Origin: an uncultured bacterium
GTDB lineage: Bacteria > Zixibacteria > MSB-5A5 > GN15 > FEB-12
Length of the DNA: 64,000 nt
Direction of reading: 5' to 3'
Assembly (NCBI GenBank): GCA_965372795.1
Contig: CBDVDR010000007.1
Span: 64,001-128,000 of the forward strand
This document shows, piece by piece, positions 10,916 to 19,579 of the stretch. Every line of letters begins with the position of its first letter. Positions within the stretch are counted from its first letter, which is position 1. The position numbers and the translations under genes are program-made. The notes beneath the pieces were generated by a model that saw only the letters and a list, made by a program, of their open reading frames with translations, was not told where the DNA came from and did not search any database.

Positions 10916-11587
10916 TTAATTCCAGTACAATCCTTTGGGAGGGGTTTTAATAAATATATGTAATTTTCTGGTTGGGTACGGCCAATGATGATAATAGGTA
11001 AATTTTATACCAAATAGTGCCAGATGGTATGTTTCGCCCACTATTTTAAAATTTTTGCGGGCATGAATTTCTCTCGAGTTCTGGTTCATAACTAAAATAG
11101 CACCATAGAACTCAGTTACTCCGTCTCTTTCAAAAGCTGCGTATAATTCCTTACATGCAACTCGGTAGAGACCTTTATTCCTCATCGAAACATCGGTAAA
11201 GGCACCATAAAGAATACAGCCATTTTCCCCCGGATCTATAATTGTTCCACCATATCGGGCATATCGTTTACCAGGCGATCCCCAGAACATACAAAGAACC
11301 TTTTCATCTTTTCCAATAATAAAGCATTTATCATTATGTTCAAGACGCTCTTTAAGGAGTTGTTTGTCTACTCCGGCCTTTTCCAAAAGATCAGCATCTT
11401 CAAAGGTAGCAAATCTTTGAAAGAAATCCGGCAGTTCGGCTGATTGTAGAATTGGGGATATGTTTTTTGCCAACAAAGTATGAACATAAACAAAAAGCCA
11501 ATTTGGTAAACGCCAATTAATAGCATTCAAAACATAGTCATAGTTTAGCTTAAATAGTTCTTTTATGAAGAGTTTTGCTTGTGCCAT
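10916..11587 (-). CDS. GNAT-like protein, tandem paralog 2
   Basis: GAGGA RBS; MRNKGLY motif; shared C-terminus PTRKLHIFIKTPP.GLYWN. Confidence 0.65.
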   Translation of the reverse strand: MAQAKLFIKELFKLNYDYVLNAINWRLPNWLFVYVHTLLAKNISPILQSAELPDFFQRFATFEDADLLEKAGVDKQLLKERLEHNDKCFIIGKDEKVLCMFWGSPGKRYARYGGTIIDPGENGCILYGAFTDVSMRNKGLYRVACKELYAAFERDGVTEFYGAILVMNQNSREIHARKNFKIVGETYHLALFGIKFTYYHHWPYPTRKLHIFIKTPPKGLYWN

Positions 11588-11782
11588 TTATGTCCTCGTT
11601 AGGATTTCGATTTCGAAAATTCAGTTTATATCATTATAATCGACATATTTCTGTCAGTTATTTAGTTTATTATATTGGATTGTCTATGTCCATAGCTTTT
11701 ACGCTTTTATAATGGTTTTCGTTATTATTTTAAGTTAATTTTGGGTAGAAATACAGATTTAAAATTGGTTAATTGTAATGGA

Positions 11783-11861
11783 GCAGACAGAGACGTCTGC
11801 GCCCACAATGTTAAAAACAGATAAATCAAACAAGGCTGGAACAGGCATGCCTGTTCCCTAC
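11783..11861 (-). repeat. Two REP-like palindromes
   Basis: Minus strand GTGG-GC-GCAGAC..GTCTGC (11783-11806) and GTAG-GGAACAGGCATGCCTGTTCC (11838-11861). Confidence 0.4.
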
Positions 11862-12161
11862 TAATAATAATCGCATTAGTTTTGATTGCAAAGTATATAT
11901 ATGTGTGCTGTGGAGTCCTTATTTGCAGCTGTAAATTGTGGACCGACAGCTAACAATTAAAGAAAACATAAATTGTATTATTTGTCTTGAATTGGTTTCG
12001 CTTTGTCCGCAGCACTATATTGATGGTTAATAAAATCTATCTTTTTTATTGACTAAATAATTAAATTTTCTATTTCTTAATATCAACAAGACTTAATTTG
12101 TAAACTTACTAATTTTAAAAATTGAGTAAATATTAATTGTTATCAAACTCACGAGGGTAAA

Positions 12162-12866
12162 ATGAAAAATTATAAAAAATATTTAGCTTTTACAATTATC
12201 TGTCTAATTGCTTTTGGGTGCGGACAAGAAAAAAAAGATAAATTTCATTACAAAACTATCACCGAGGTCGACAGTCTTCATGTAACAACTACTTATGCCA
12301 ATGATTTTGTAAATGTTCTCAAAATTGAGTTGCATGAAAAAGAACAGATTCCGGCTCACAGCAGTAAAGCCAGGTTAATCTATTCGATGAGTGATTATTC
12401 TACTATGCTTATAATGGGTGCAGACAGTCTGGCAAAAGAGTGGCAAACCGGCGATGTGCATTGGCATGATGATGCCCCACACGCAATAGACAATATCGGT
12501 ACTACAACTGCAAAGTTTTTAGCTATCTCCAGAACCGATATGGAACTCCCCGGAATTGATACTACAAAACAAATAGATGACTTATCCAAAATTAATTCAG
12601 AGGCGGCTCAAATACTTTTTGGAAATGATATCCTGGAAGTTGTACGTGTAAATCTTTCAGCCGGTGATGAAATAATTTCCCATTATGGCATCAACCGCCT
12701 GTTTTATTCAGAGTCCGATCTTCATTTAGAACTCACCGGAGAATCTGATCTGGTTGTCGAATTGACCTTGCAAAAGGGAGAAATTCGCTGGTTTTTACCA
12801 AGCAGCCAAGCCTTAAAAAATATGAGTGAGAATTCGGCTCAATTTCTGATTATATCTTTTAAGTAA
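12162..12866 (+). CDS. Lipoprotein with tandem cupin-like domains
   Basis: Lipobox IAFGC; two cupin-like repeats (IPAHS..GDVHW..PHAIDNIG; ISHYG..GEIRW). Confidence 0.65.
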   Translation: MKNYKKYLAFTIICLIAFGCGQEKKDKFHYKTITEVDSLHVTTTYANDFVNVLKIELHEKEQIPAHSSKARLIYSMSDYSTMLIMGADSLAKEWQTGDVHWHDDAPHAIDNIGTTTAKFLAISRTDMELPGIDTTKQIDDLSKINSEAAQILFGNDILEVVRVNLSAGDEIISHYGINRLFYSESDLHLELTGESDLVVELTLQKGEIRWFLPSSQALKNMSENSAQFLIISFK

Positions 12867-12879
12867 AGAAGATCAAGAT

Positions 12880-12906
12880 GGCAGATCTCAGTCAGTGAGA
12901 CCTGCC
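12880..12906. terminator. Hairpin between convergent genes
   Basis: GGCAGATCTCA-GTCAG-TGAGACCTGCC. Confidence 0.45.
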
Positions 12907-12959
12907 GACGGTATATTTCGTTAGACAGTTTGTATAGTTGAACCAGTACCCATCGAAAC

Positions 12960-14444
12960 TTATTTATTATCTAATGTCTTTATAATAAGATTTGAAATTT
13001 TATGTAAAATCAACATCGCGGCACCATCATAATTTGCCATAACTGCTACGGTGTAACCGCAATCCATAAACATATCCAAAACAGCATTGATTCCCGGCGC
13101 CCCGCCGTTATGCCCGATAATTCTTTGACCATTATTTATTTCATCGCCAAATAGATAAGCATATTTCATGTCGGGACCCATTTCAACTTTACCAGTGGTT
13201 ACAGCATCAAAATATTTTTTATCAAGCAGGGTGTAATTTCTTAAGGCAATATCAAATTTAAGCAAGTCCTCAACCGTTGAGTATCCCCCGCCCGCAGGGC
13301 CGCCTTTGGATGCATGCATAAAAAGATTGTTCATCCAATAATCGGTTGGCTCGCCATTGTAGTCTCTTTTTGTATATCCGATAGCGAGGTTTTCAACCGG
13401 TCGGTCAACTTCGTAACAGTCGGTGTTTATCATCCCGGCTGGTTTTGCTATATTCTGGCGTATATATTCATCGTAGGACATACCTGAAATTTTTTCGATA
13501 ATCAGTCCGAGAATAATCGGTCCGCAGTTGCTGTATGAGAATCTTTCACCCGGTTCAAAATCTAAGGGGTTTTCAGCAGTCAGATCGGCAAGTTGCTGAA
13601 CAGTTTTGATTTCCCACCATTTAGCATTAAAAAGCGGGTCCCAATAATCGCCGGTTCCTGAAGTATGGGTCAGCAGGTGATGAATTGTAACTTTATTTTT
13701 CACATCTTCGTTCGGGTAGTCAGGAAGGTGCTGTCCGACAAAATCATCAAAAGATAGTTTACCATTTTGCACCAGCTGTCCAATAGCCACCCCGGTGAAC
13801 ATTTTGTTCATTGAGCCAAGATTAAATTTTGTATCGAGTTTGTTTGGAACCGAATATCTTTTGCAGGCTTCTCCATCGACCCGGGTATATAACGGTATTC
13901 CATCTTTGGCAACCATCACAGCCCCTGAGAATTTGTCTTTGGCAACCAACCCATCGATAAATTCATCGAGATAAGTTTTCATTTTCTCAGCAGTCAGTTT
14001 TCCTTCGGGGAAAACTTCGTTCGGATCATCCGCCGGTCTTAAATCGAAAGCCGCCCATCCATGCGGTGGCAGCGTGTCAAACATCATTCCCAGCCAGGCA
14101 AATTCAATCCCACCGCTCGGATTGATTCCTTTGGTTAAAACTTCAATTTGATATTCTTTGTTTTCTGTAATATTTAAAAGCTCAATACCACCGAGGTCTT
14201 CAAATACAAATTGAAATAGTCCTAACCTGCGTTCAAGTACGTTCGCGCTGTCAACTGCTTTGGGATCCTCAAGGATATAATTTTTCCAGTTTTCCTCGAT
14301 CCCGGAGTTTAGGGCCGTAGTGAATTTTTTAAGATGTTTACCGGCATGAGTTTCCGGATAATCAAAATTTTCGTTTACAGCATTAGACGTCGAAAAAGTA
14401 AGTAATGCGATTGTCAGTGTGAAGAACAGATAACGATATTTCAT
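12960..14444 (-). CDS. Secreted serine hydrolase, beta-lactamase class C / D-peptidase family
   Basis: SxxK (GSMNK), YSN, LLTHTSG, HNGG motifs; signal peptide; GGAGGA RBS before ATG 14444. Confidence 0.9.
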   Translation of the reverse strand: MKYRYLFFTLTIALLTFSTSNAVNENFDYPETHAGKHLKKFTTALNSGIEENWKNYILEDPKAVDSANVLERRLGLFQFVFEDLGGIELLNITENKEYQIEVLTKGINPSGGIEFAWLGMMFDTLPPHGWAAFDLRPADDPNEVFPEGKLTAEKMKTYLDEFIDGLVAKDKFSGAVMVAKDGIPLYTRVDGEACKRYSVPNKLDTKFNLGSMNKMFTGVAIGQLVQNGKLSFDDFVGQHLPDYPNEDVKNKVTIHHLLTHTSGTGDYWDPLFNAKWWEIKTVQQLADLTAENPLDFEPGERFSYSNCGPIILGLIIEKISGMSYDEYIRQNIAKPAGMINTDCYEVDRPVENLAIGYTKRDYNGEPTDYWMNNLFMHASKGGPAGGGYSTVEDLLKFDIALRNYTLLDKKYFDAVTTGKVEMGPDMKYAYLFGDEINNGQRIIGHNGGAPGINAVLDMFMDCGYTVAVMANYDGAAMLILHKISNLIIKTLDNK

Positions 14445-14478
14445 ATAATCCTCCATCAATATTTAAAGCTTATTTAAT

Positions 14479-14512
14479 CTAAGACAACATAACTGGCAAA
14501 TAGCAACATTTT
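14479..14512 (-). promoter_or_regulatory. Putative ECF-sigma promoter of the serine hydrolase
   Basis: AAAATGTTGCT-N15-TGTCTTAG, boxes and spacing identical to 16975-17008. Confidence 0.6.
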
Positions 14513-14539
14513 ATTTGAGGATTGCGTCTAATCACATCC

Positions 14540-14568
14540 TTGACAACAAAGGATACTTTCTATATCCT
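14540..14568 (+). promoter_or_regulatory. Sigma70-type promoter of the prolyl oligopeptidase
   Basis: TTGACA-N17-TATCCT. Confidence 0.55.
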
Positions 14569-14607
14569 GAATTAGAATAAGTTGTCGATATTTTATGAGA
14601 GGAAACC

Positions 14608-16767
14608 ATGAACTACACATCTCAAAAAAAAATTGCGTCAATCTTCACATTTGTTCTTTTATTCATCATAATCCCGAATGTTATTTGTTCACAAAATCTT
14701 CCCCCTGAGACAAAAAAACAGACTGTTTCGGATGAATATCATGATGTGACCGTTTCTGAAGATTATCGCTGGCTTGAAGACTTTACATCTAGCGAAGTCA
14801 AAGAGTGGAATAAATCACAAAATGGATATACCCGTGACCATCTGGATAATCTTCCGGCACGTAATTTAATTAAAAAACAGCTACAAGAGTTACTCGGGGG
14901 TTCTTCAACCGATTATTATAGTATAAAACTTGTCAACGGCACAATTTTCGCATTGAAATTTCAACCACCTAAAGAACAGCCTTTGTTTATAACACTTGAG
15001 TCGCTTGATGATCCTTCGACTGAAAAAATAATTCTCGATGTGACCGAGCTTGATAGTGAAGCGACAACTTCAATAGATTTTTATGTACCTTCAACGGATG
15101 GAAAATTGGTTGCGATTTCTCTTTCTAAAAAAGGAAGTGAGATTGGAGATATTTATATATTAGATTTGGCTACCGGTGAAATGCTTGAGGATGTTGTACC
15201 GCGAGTCAATGGTCCAACCGCCGGCGGTGACGTTGCCTGGGTGGCTGATAATTCCGGTTTCTATTATACTCGTTACCCCCGTGAAGGTGAACGCCCTCAA
15301 GAGGATCTTCAATTTTATCAGCAGGTTTACTATCATCAGCTTGGCACAAGTACTACCGAAGACAAATATGCTATCGGGGAAGAATTTCCATATATAGCCG
15401 AAATAGTCTTAGAAGAATCAGACGATGCTAAATCATTTATTGCCACGGTTGCTAACGGTGACGGTGGTGAATATGCCCATTATCTTTTGAATCAAACCGG
15501 TGAATGGCATAAGATTGCTGATTTTGAAGATTTGAGTCCGGTGGCAACATTTGGAAGTGACAATTCAATTTTCCTGTTATCACGTTTCAATGCCCCAATG
15601 GGTAAAATACTTAAACTCGCACCGGAAGAAATAGATATTACAAAAGCGATAGTAGTTGTCCCGGAGTCTGATGTTACTATCAAGTATTTTCAACCGGTTG
15701 ATAAATATCTTTATATATCAGATTTAGACGGTGGACCTTCAAAGTTGCGTCTGGTTGATATTACAACTTTTGAACAAAAAGAAATACCCGTTAAAGAAAT
15801 ATGTTCTGTCAGAAATTTAATCGCTTTGGATAATAATGAACTTCTTTTCAGGTGTGGAAGTTACACTGAACCATCAGCATGGATGCGTTTCAATCCTGAA
15901 AAATGGAAAATATCGCTGACTGGATTATATATGACATCACCAGCTGATTTTTCTGATATTGAAGTGACCCGTGAGTTTGCAACTTCTAAAGATGGCACCA
16001 AAGTCCCACTCAATATTATCAGGCGAAAAGGGACTGAACTTAACGGTGAGAATCCAACTATTCTTTATGGATATGGAGGATATGGAATTAGTCTCATGCC
16101 ATATTTTGATCCTGCAATGCGACTTTGGTTTGATCAGGGAGGGATTTATGTCATTGCCAATATTCGCGGAGGCGGTGAGTATGGCGAAGAATGGCATCTT
16201 CAGGGTAATTTAACCAAAAAACAAAATGTGTTTGATGATTTTGCGGCAGGTGCTGAATACCTTATTGAACAAAAATATACCAATCCCAAAAAACTTGCCA
16301 TCAAAGGCGGCAGTAACGGCGGGTTGCTGATGGGAGCGGCTTTTACTCAGCGTCCGGAACTGTTTGGATGTGTAGTATCCTATGTTGGTATTTATGATAT
16401 GTTGCGAGTTGAGCTTGATCCGAATGGGGTATTTAATATAACAGAATTTGGAACGGTTAAAATTCCGGAACATTTTGAGGCTCTGTATGCTTATTCACCA
16501 TATCATAATGTAAAAGACAATACGTCTTATCCGGGAATTATATTTTTAACCGGCGATCATGATGGCAGAGTTAACCCAGGTCAGTCGCGTAAAATGACAG
16601 CCCGGATGCAAACAGCTACAAATTCTGGTAAACCGATATTCCTGAGAACATCTGCAAAAAGCGGACATGGCGGCGGGACAGCTTTGAGTGAAAAGATTGA
16701 ACGGGAAACTGATGTGTTTTCTTTTATAGTTGATCAATTGGGAATAAATTTCAAATATGATAAGTAA
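14608..16767 (+). CDS. Prolyl oligopeptidase (S9A), exported
   Basis: DYRWLED, YGYGGY, RGGGEYG, GGSNGG nucleophile, DGRV, GHGGG; signal peptide. Confidence 0.93.
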   Translation: MNYTSQKKIASIFTFVLLFIIIPNVICSQNLPPETKKQTVSDEYHDVTVSEDYRWLEDFTSSEVKEWNKSQNGYTRDHLDNLPARNLIKKQLQELLGGSSTDYYSIKLVNGTIFALKFQPPKEQPLFITLESLDDPSTEKIILDVTELDSEATTSIDFYVPSTDGKLVAISLSKKGSEIGDIYILDLATGEMLEDVVPRVNGPTAGGDVAWVADNSGFYYTRYPREGERPQEDLQFYQQVYYHQLGTSTTEDKYAIGEEFPYIAEIVLEESDDAKSFIATVANGDGGEYAHYLLNQTGEWHKIADFEDLSPVATFGSDNSIFLLSRFNAPMGKILKLAPEEIDITKAIVVVPESDVTIKYFQPVDKYLYISDLDGGPSKLRLVDITTFEQKEIPVKEICSVRNLIALDNNELLFRCGSYTEPSAWMRFNPEKWKISLTGLYMTSPADFSDIEVTREFATSKDGTKVPLNIIRRKGTELNGENPTILYGYGGYGISLMPYFDPAMRLWFDQGGIYVIANIRGGGEYGEEWHLQGNLTKKQNVFDDFAAGAEYLIEQKYTNPKKLAIKGGSNGGLLMGAAFTQRPELFGCVVSYVGIYDMLRVELDPNGVFNITEFGTVKIPEHFEALYAYSPYHNVKDNTSYPGIIFLTGDHDGRVNPGQSRKMTARMQTATNSGKPIFLRTSAKSGHGGGTALSEKIERETDVFSFIVDQLGINFKYDK

Positions 16768-16974
16768 AATAAATCTACTTATCAATGTGTAAAATTGTCT
16801 GGCAGTTATTCATTGTGACTTTTTATAGTTCCACCTATAAATGGAATACATAAATATGTGGAACTTCTTTTTCTCTTTAACGTAAACTAATTATCTCGTT
16901 GTAAAATAACGAGTTATGCTTTATGTTTTCGTCTTACAGAAGATAATTAAATGTTAATAATAAAAATTATAGCT

Positions 16975-17008
16975 AAAATGTTGCTTTTTATTGATTGAGG
17001 TGTCTTAG
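16975..17008 (+). promoter_or_regulatory. Putative autoregulatory ECF promoter, near-leaderless transcript
   Basis: TGTTGC-N16-TGTCTTAG ending 2-5 nt before the GTG/ATG start; a second ECF-like promoter GGAAC-N16-CGTAA lies at 16860-16885. Confidence 0.6.
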
Positions 17009-17010
17009 CA

Positions 17011-17589
17011 GTGATGGAAAGAAATAGGAACCTATTTTGGGAGCTCGTTGAGGGCGAACATCTAAAAGCCAGAGGATTCTGTCGAAAGCTAATTGGCAAT
17101 CGACAGGATGGTGATGACCTGTATCAGGACTCTCTGGTGACTGCTCTTTCAAAATTTGATAGTCTACGGGAGATAAATTCTTTTCGACCGTGGTTTTACC
17201 GGATTATTGTAAATCATTTTAAAAACACAATCCGCAGACCCTGGTGGACAAAAATTACTCCTATGACAAAGGAAATTTCGGAAAGTCTTGGCGGTAAAGA
17301 CCCGTTTGATGCTTATTCTGCCCGACAGCGCCTTGAAGTTGCTTTCAAAGTCCTTAAACCGGAAGATCAAACTCTGGTAACTTTGTTCGAACTTGAAGGC
17401 TGGTCAATAGCCGAACTTGCAGAGAGCTACGATAAAAATATCGGAGTGATCAAAATGCGACTTTCCCGTTCCAGAGCGAAGATGCGTAATGCTCTAATGA
17501 AAGCTTCTCCATCGACGAAAAAGGAAGCCGTTAAAATTTTTAAAACTGAGGACCGAATATGCGTTGCTACCAAGCCAGGCAAGAACTGA
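17011..17589 (+). CDS. ECF RNA polymerase sigma factor
   Basis: Region 2 (DDLYQD, FRPWFYRI..N) and region 4 (LEGWSIAELA..IKMRLSRSR). Confidence 0.92.
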   Translation: MMERNRNLFWELVEGEHLKARGFCRKLIGNRQDGDDLYQDSLVTALSKFDSLREINSFRPWFYRIIVNHFKNTIRRPWWTKITPMTKEISESLGGKDPFDAYSARQRLEVAFKVLKPEDQTLVTLFELEGWSIAELAESYDKNIGVIKMRLSRSRAKMRNALMKASPSTKKEAVKIFKTEDRICVATKPGKN

Positions 17590-18965
17590 ACCGACTAGGT
17601 TGGTCAGATACAAAAATTGCCCAAGAAATGCAGTTGGTTCAGCACCTTCAGAACTGTCCTGCCTGCGCCGGACTTCTCAAGGCTGAACAGTCATTAAAGA
17701 GTGACCTCAGAGCGGCATCATTGAATGATAACGAAGAGGTGATACCTATGTCAGTTTTGAAGGCTCGGGTCGAGTATCAGGCTGCAAAAGTACCACAAGT
17801 AACTTTCATGGAGAAACTGCTCATGGCACCACTAAACAATCTGTTCACAAAACGCCCGAAGCTCGGTATTGGTCTGGCTGTTACTATTGTAGCCCTGCTT
17901 ATCTCAGCTTTGGTACCGTTTACTTATGACAACACTATCGGTTACGAAGTAGCCTTTGCCGGTGTTGACCGTACTTTAGCAATGGATCAGGATAAGATTC
18001 AGGATATTTTGTTAAAGCTTGGCGTTGAAGATGCTGCAATTGATGTCTCTGATTGCGAAGCGACATGTAAACTTTTTATCTCGGATCTGAAATCTTCATC
18101 TGATGCTCAAATGATCAAAGCCGCCTTTATAAATATTGATCAAGTTGAACTTCTGCATGATATTAAAGAGATGGTTTCAAAAGAATCCGGAACTTTGATC
18201 CATAAGGTTAAAATTGATCTATTGTCTTCATCAGATAATGTATTTTTCTCAGAAGATGATGCTCATAAAAAAGTTATTGAAATCTTTGGTGACAGTATGA
18301 CTGCTGAACTGATTTTTATCTCTGAAGATTGTAGTGAACTCGATTCTTTGCATTTTAAAATGGGAGATGCCAAAGAGGGCGATTTTGCATGGTTTGGAGC
18401 CGAAATCAATGTTGATTCAGATGATGTAACTGAAAACGTAAATGTTATTGCAAAATATATTAAAATCGGTGATTCAAACTGTAACATTACCGGATTAGAA
18501 GGTATTGATTTTGAAAATCTGACAGATGAAGATATTCAAAAGCTTAAAGATCTGGGCTATGTAGTAGAAATCATTGAAAGTGCTGATGGTACTACCATGG
18601 TTAAGCTGATGATGACTGATGTTACATTTTCTGGTGACCCAACCGAAGATGATGATGAAGCAGCCAAAGAAAATCCGGACCTCCCGGAAGGATATACTCT
18701 TTCACAGAATTATCCAAACCCGTTTAACCCGACTACAACAATTTCATATTCACTTCCAAAGAGTGAGCATGTTACTATAGATATTTATAATATCAATGGT
18801 CAGGTTGTTCGTTCGCTGGTTGATCAGGTTATGTCGGCTGGTACGCACACAATCGAGTGGGATGCGACTTCTGATGGCGGTACCAAAGTTGCGACAGGCA
18901 TGTATCTCTACCGTTTTAATGCCGGTGATATTAGTGAAACCAAGAAGATGACTTTGATGAAATAA
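17559..18965 (+). CDS. Zinc-finger anti-sigma factor with TM helix and C-terminal T9SS type-A/FlgD-Ig sorting domain
   Basis: C3...HLQNCPAC (HxxxCxxC); TM LGIGLAVTIVALLISALV; C-terminal QNYPNPFNPTTTI..IYNINGQVV..WD..GMYLYR..KKMTLMK. Confidence 0.85.
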   Translation: MRCYQARQELNRLGWSDTKIAQEMQLVQHLQNCPACAGLLKAEQSLKSDLRAASLNDNEEVIPMSVLKARVEYQAAKVPQVTFMEKLLMAPLNNLFTKRPKLGIGLAVTIVALLISALVPFTYDNTIGYEVAFAGVDRTLAMDQDKIQDILLKLGVEDAAIDVSDCEATCKLFISDLKSSSDAQMIKAAFINIDQVELLHDIKEMVSKESGTLIHKVKIDLLSSSDNVFFSEDDAHKKVIEIFGDSMTAELIFISEDCSELDSLHFKMGDAKEGDFAWFGAEINVDSDDVTENVNVIAKYIKIGDSNCNITGLEGIDFENLTDEDIQKLKDLGYVVEIIESADGTTMVKLMMTDVTFSGDPTEDDDEAAKENPDLPEGYTLSQNYPNPFNPTTTISYSLPKSEHVTIDIYNINGQVVRSLVDQVMSAGTHTIEWDATSDGGTKVATGMYLYRFNAGDISETKKMTLMK

Positions 18966-19009
18966 CAGGCGTGGCCTGTTTGATATAAAATAAATTTACT
19001 TCATTTCGT

Positions 19010-19036
19010 AAAAAAACCCGCTCGGCGGGTTTTTTT
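19010..19036 (+). terminator. Rho-independent (bidirectional) terminator
   Basis: A7-CCCGC-TCG-GCGGG-T7. Confidence 0.85.
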
Positions 19037-19055
19037 GTAATAATTTTGATTTAAT

Positions 19056-19093
19056 AAAAAAAAAGTGCCCGCCAACCACAGACAGGCACTTTT
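19056..19093 (-). terminator. Terminator of the tRNA gene
   Basis: Minus strand AAAAGTGCC...GGCAC followed by a T9 run. Confidence 0.75.
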
Positions 19094-19100
19094 CGAATTT

Positions 19101-19172
19101 TAGCGGTAAGGGGAATCGAACCCCTGTTTGATGGATGAGAACCACCGGTCCTAACCACTAGACGATACCGCC
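19101..19172 (-). tRNA. tRNA-Glu (anticodon CUC), CCA not encoded
   Basis: Cloverleaf GGCGGTA/TACCGCT, D-arm GTCT-AGTGGTT-AGGAC, anticodon arm GGTGG-TTCTCAT-CCATC, T-arm AGGGG-TTCGATT-CCCCT. Confidence 0.95.
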
Positions 19173-19208
19173 ATATTCAATGCGTAACGCTAAAAAGCAA
19201 CACAGCCG

Positions 19209-19237
19209 AGTATATCGGTTTAAATATCCCTTGTCAA
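19209..19237 (-). promoter_or_regulatory. Sigma70 promoter of tRNA-Glu
   Basis: TTGACA-N17-TATACT on the minus strand. Confidence 0.75.
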
Positions 19238-19579
19238 GCAGACGCAATCCGTTGAACAACACAGCGTTATGCGATATTGCAAATCTAATCCACTGATAAT
19301 AAACAGCTTACTCAATATCACTTTTTTGCAATAAATTGAAAATAATTCAAAAATAATCACTTCCCAAATTTTGAAAGTCGATATATTAGCATTTGAGTTT
19401 AATTATAACAGATGTCAAATTCAAAAAAAGTGCTTATCGCTGTAACATTACGGGATATAAATAGTTATAAATAATAAGCACAATAGGTTAGCAGACATTA
19501 AATTATTAAATCATATTTTGCTAATCAGTTTGAGGTTTTCTATATTTGAGGTAACACAGCAACTTAGTTGGAGGAAAAA

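Noticed and set aside
12960..14444. Bona fide beta-lactamase resistance gene
   Set aside because: The motifs only place it in the broad serine hydrolase family; the third motif is HNG rather than KTG, so substrate cannot be called.
19101..19172. tRNA as integration site of a genomic island, or as tRNA-Sec
   Set aside because: No integrase or duplicated 3' end was seen; the anticodon is CUC with a short variable loop, not UCA.
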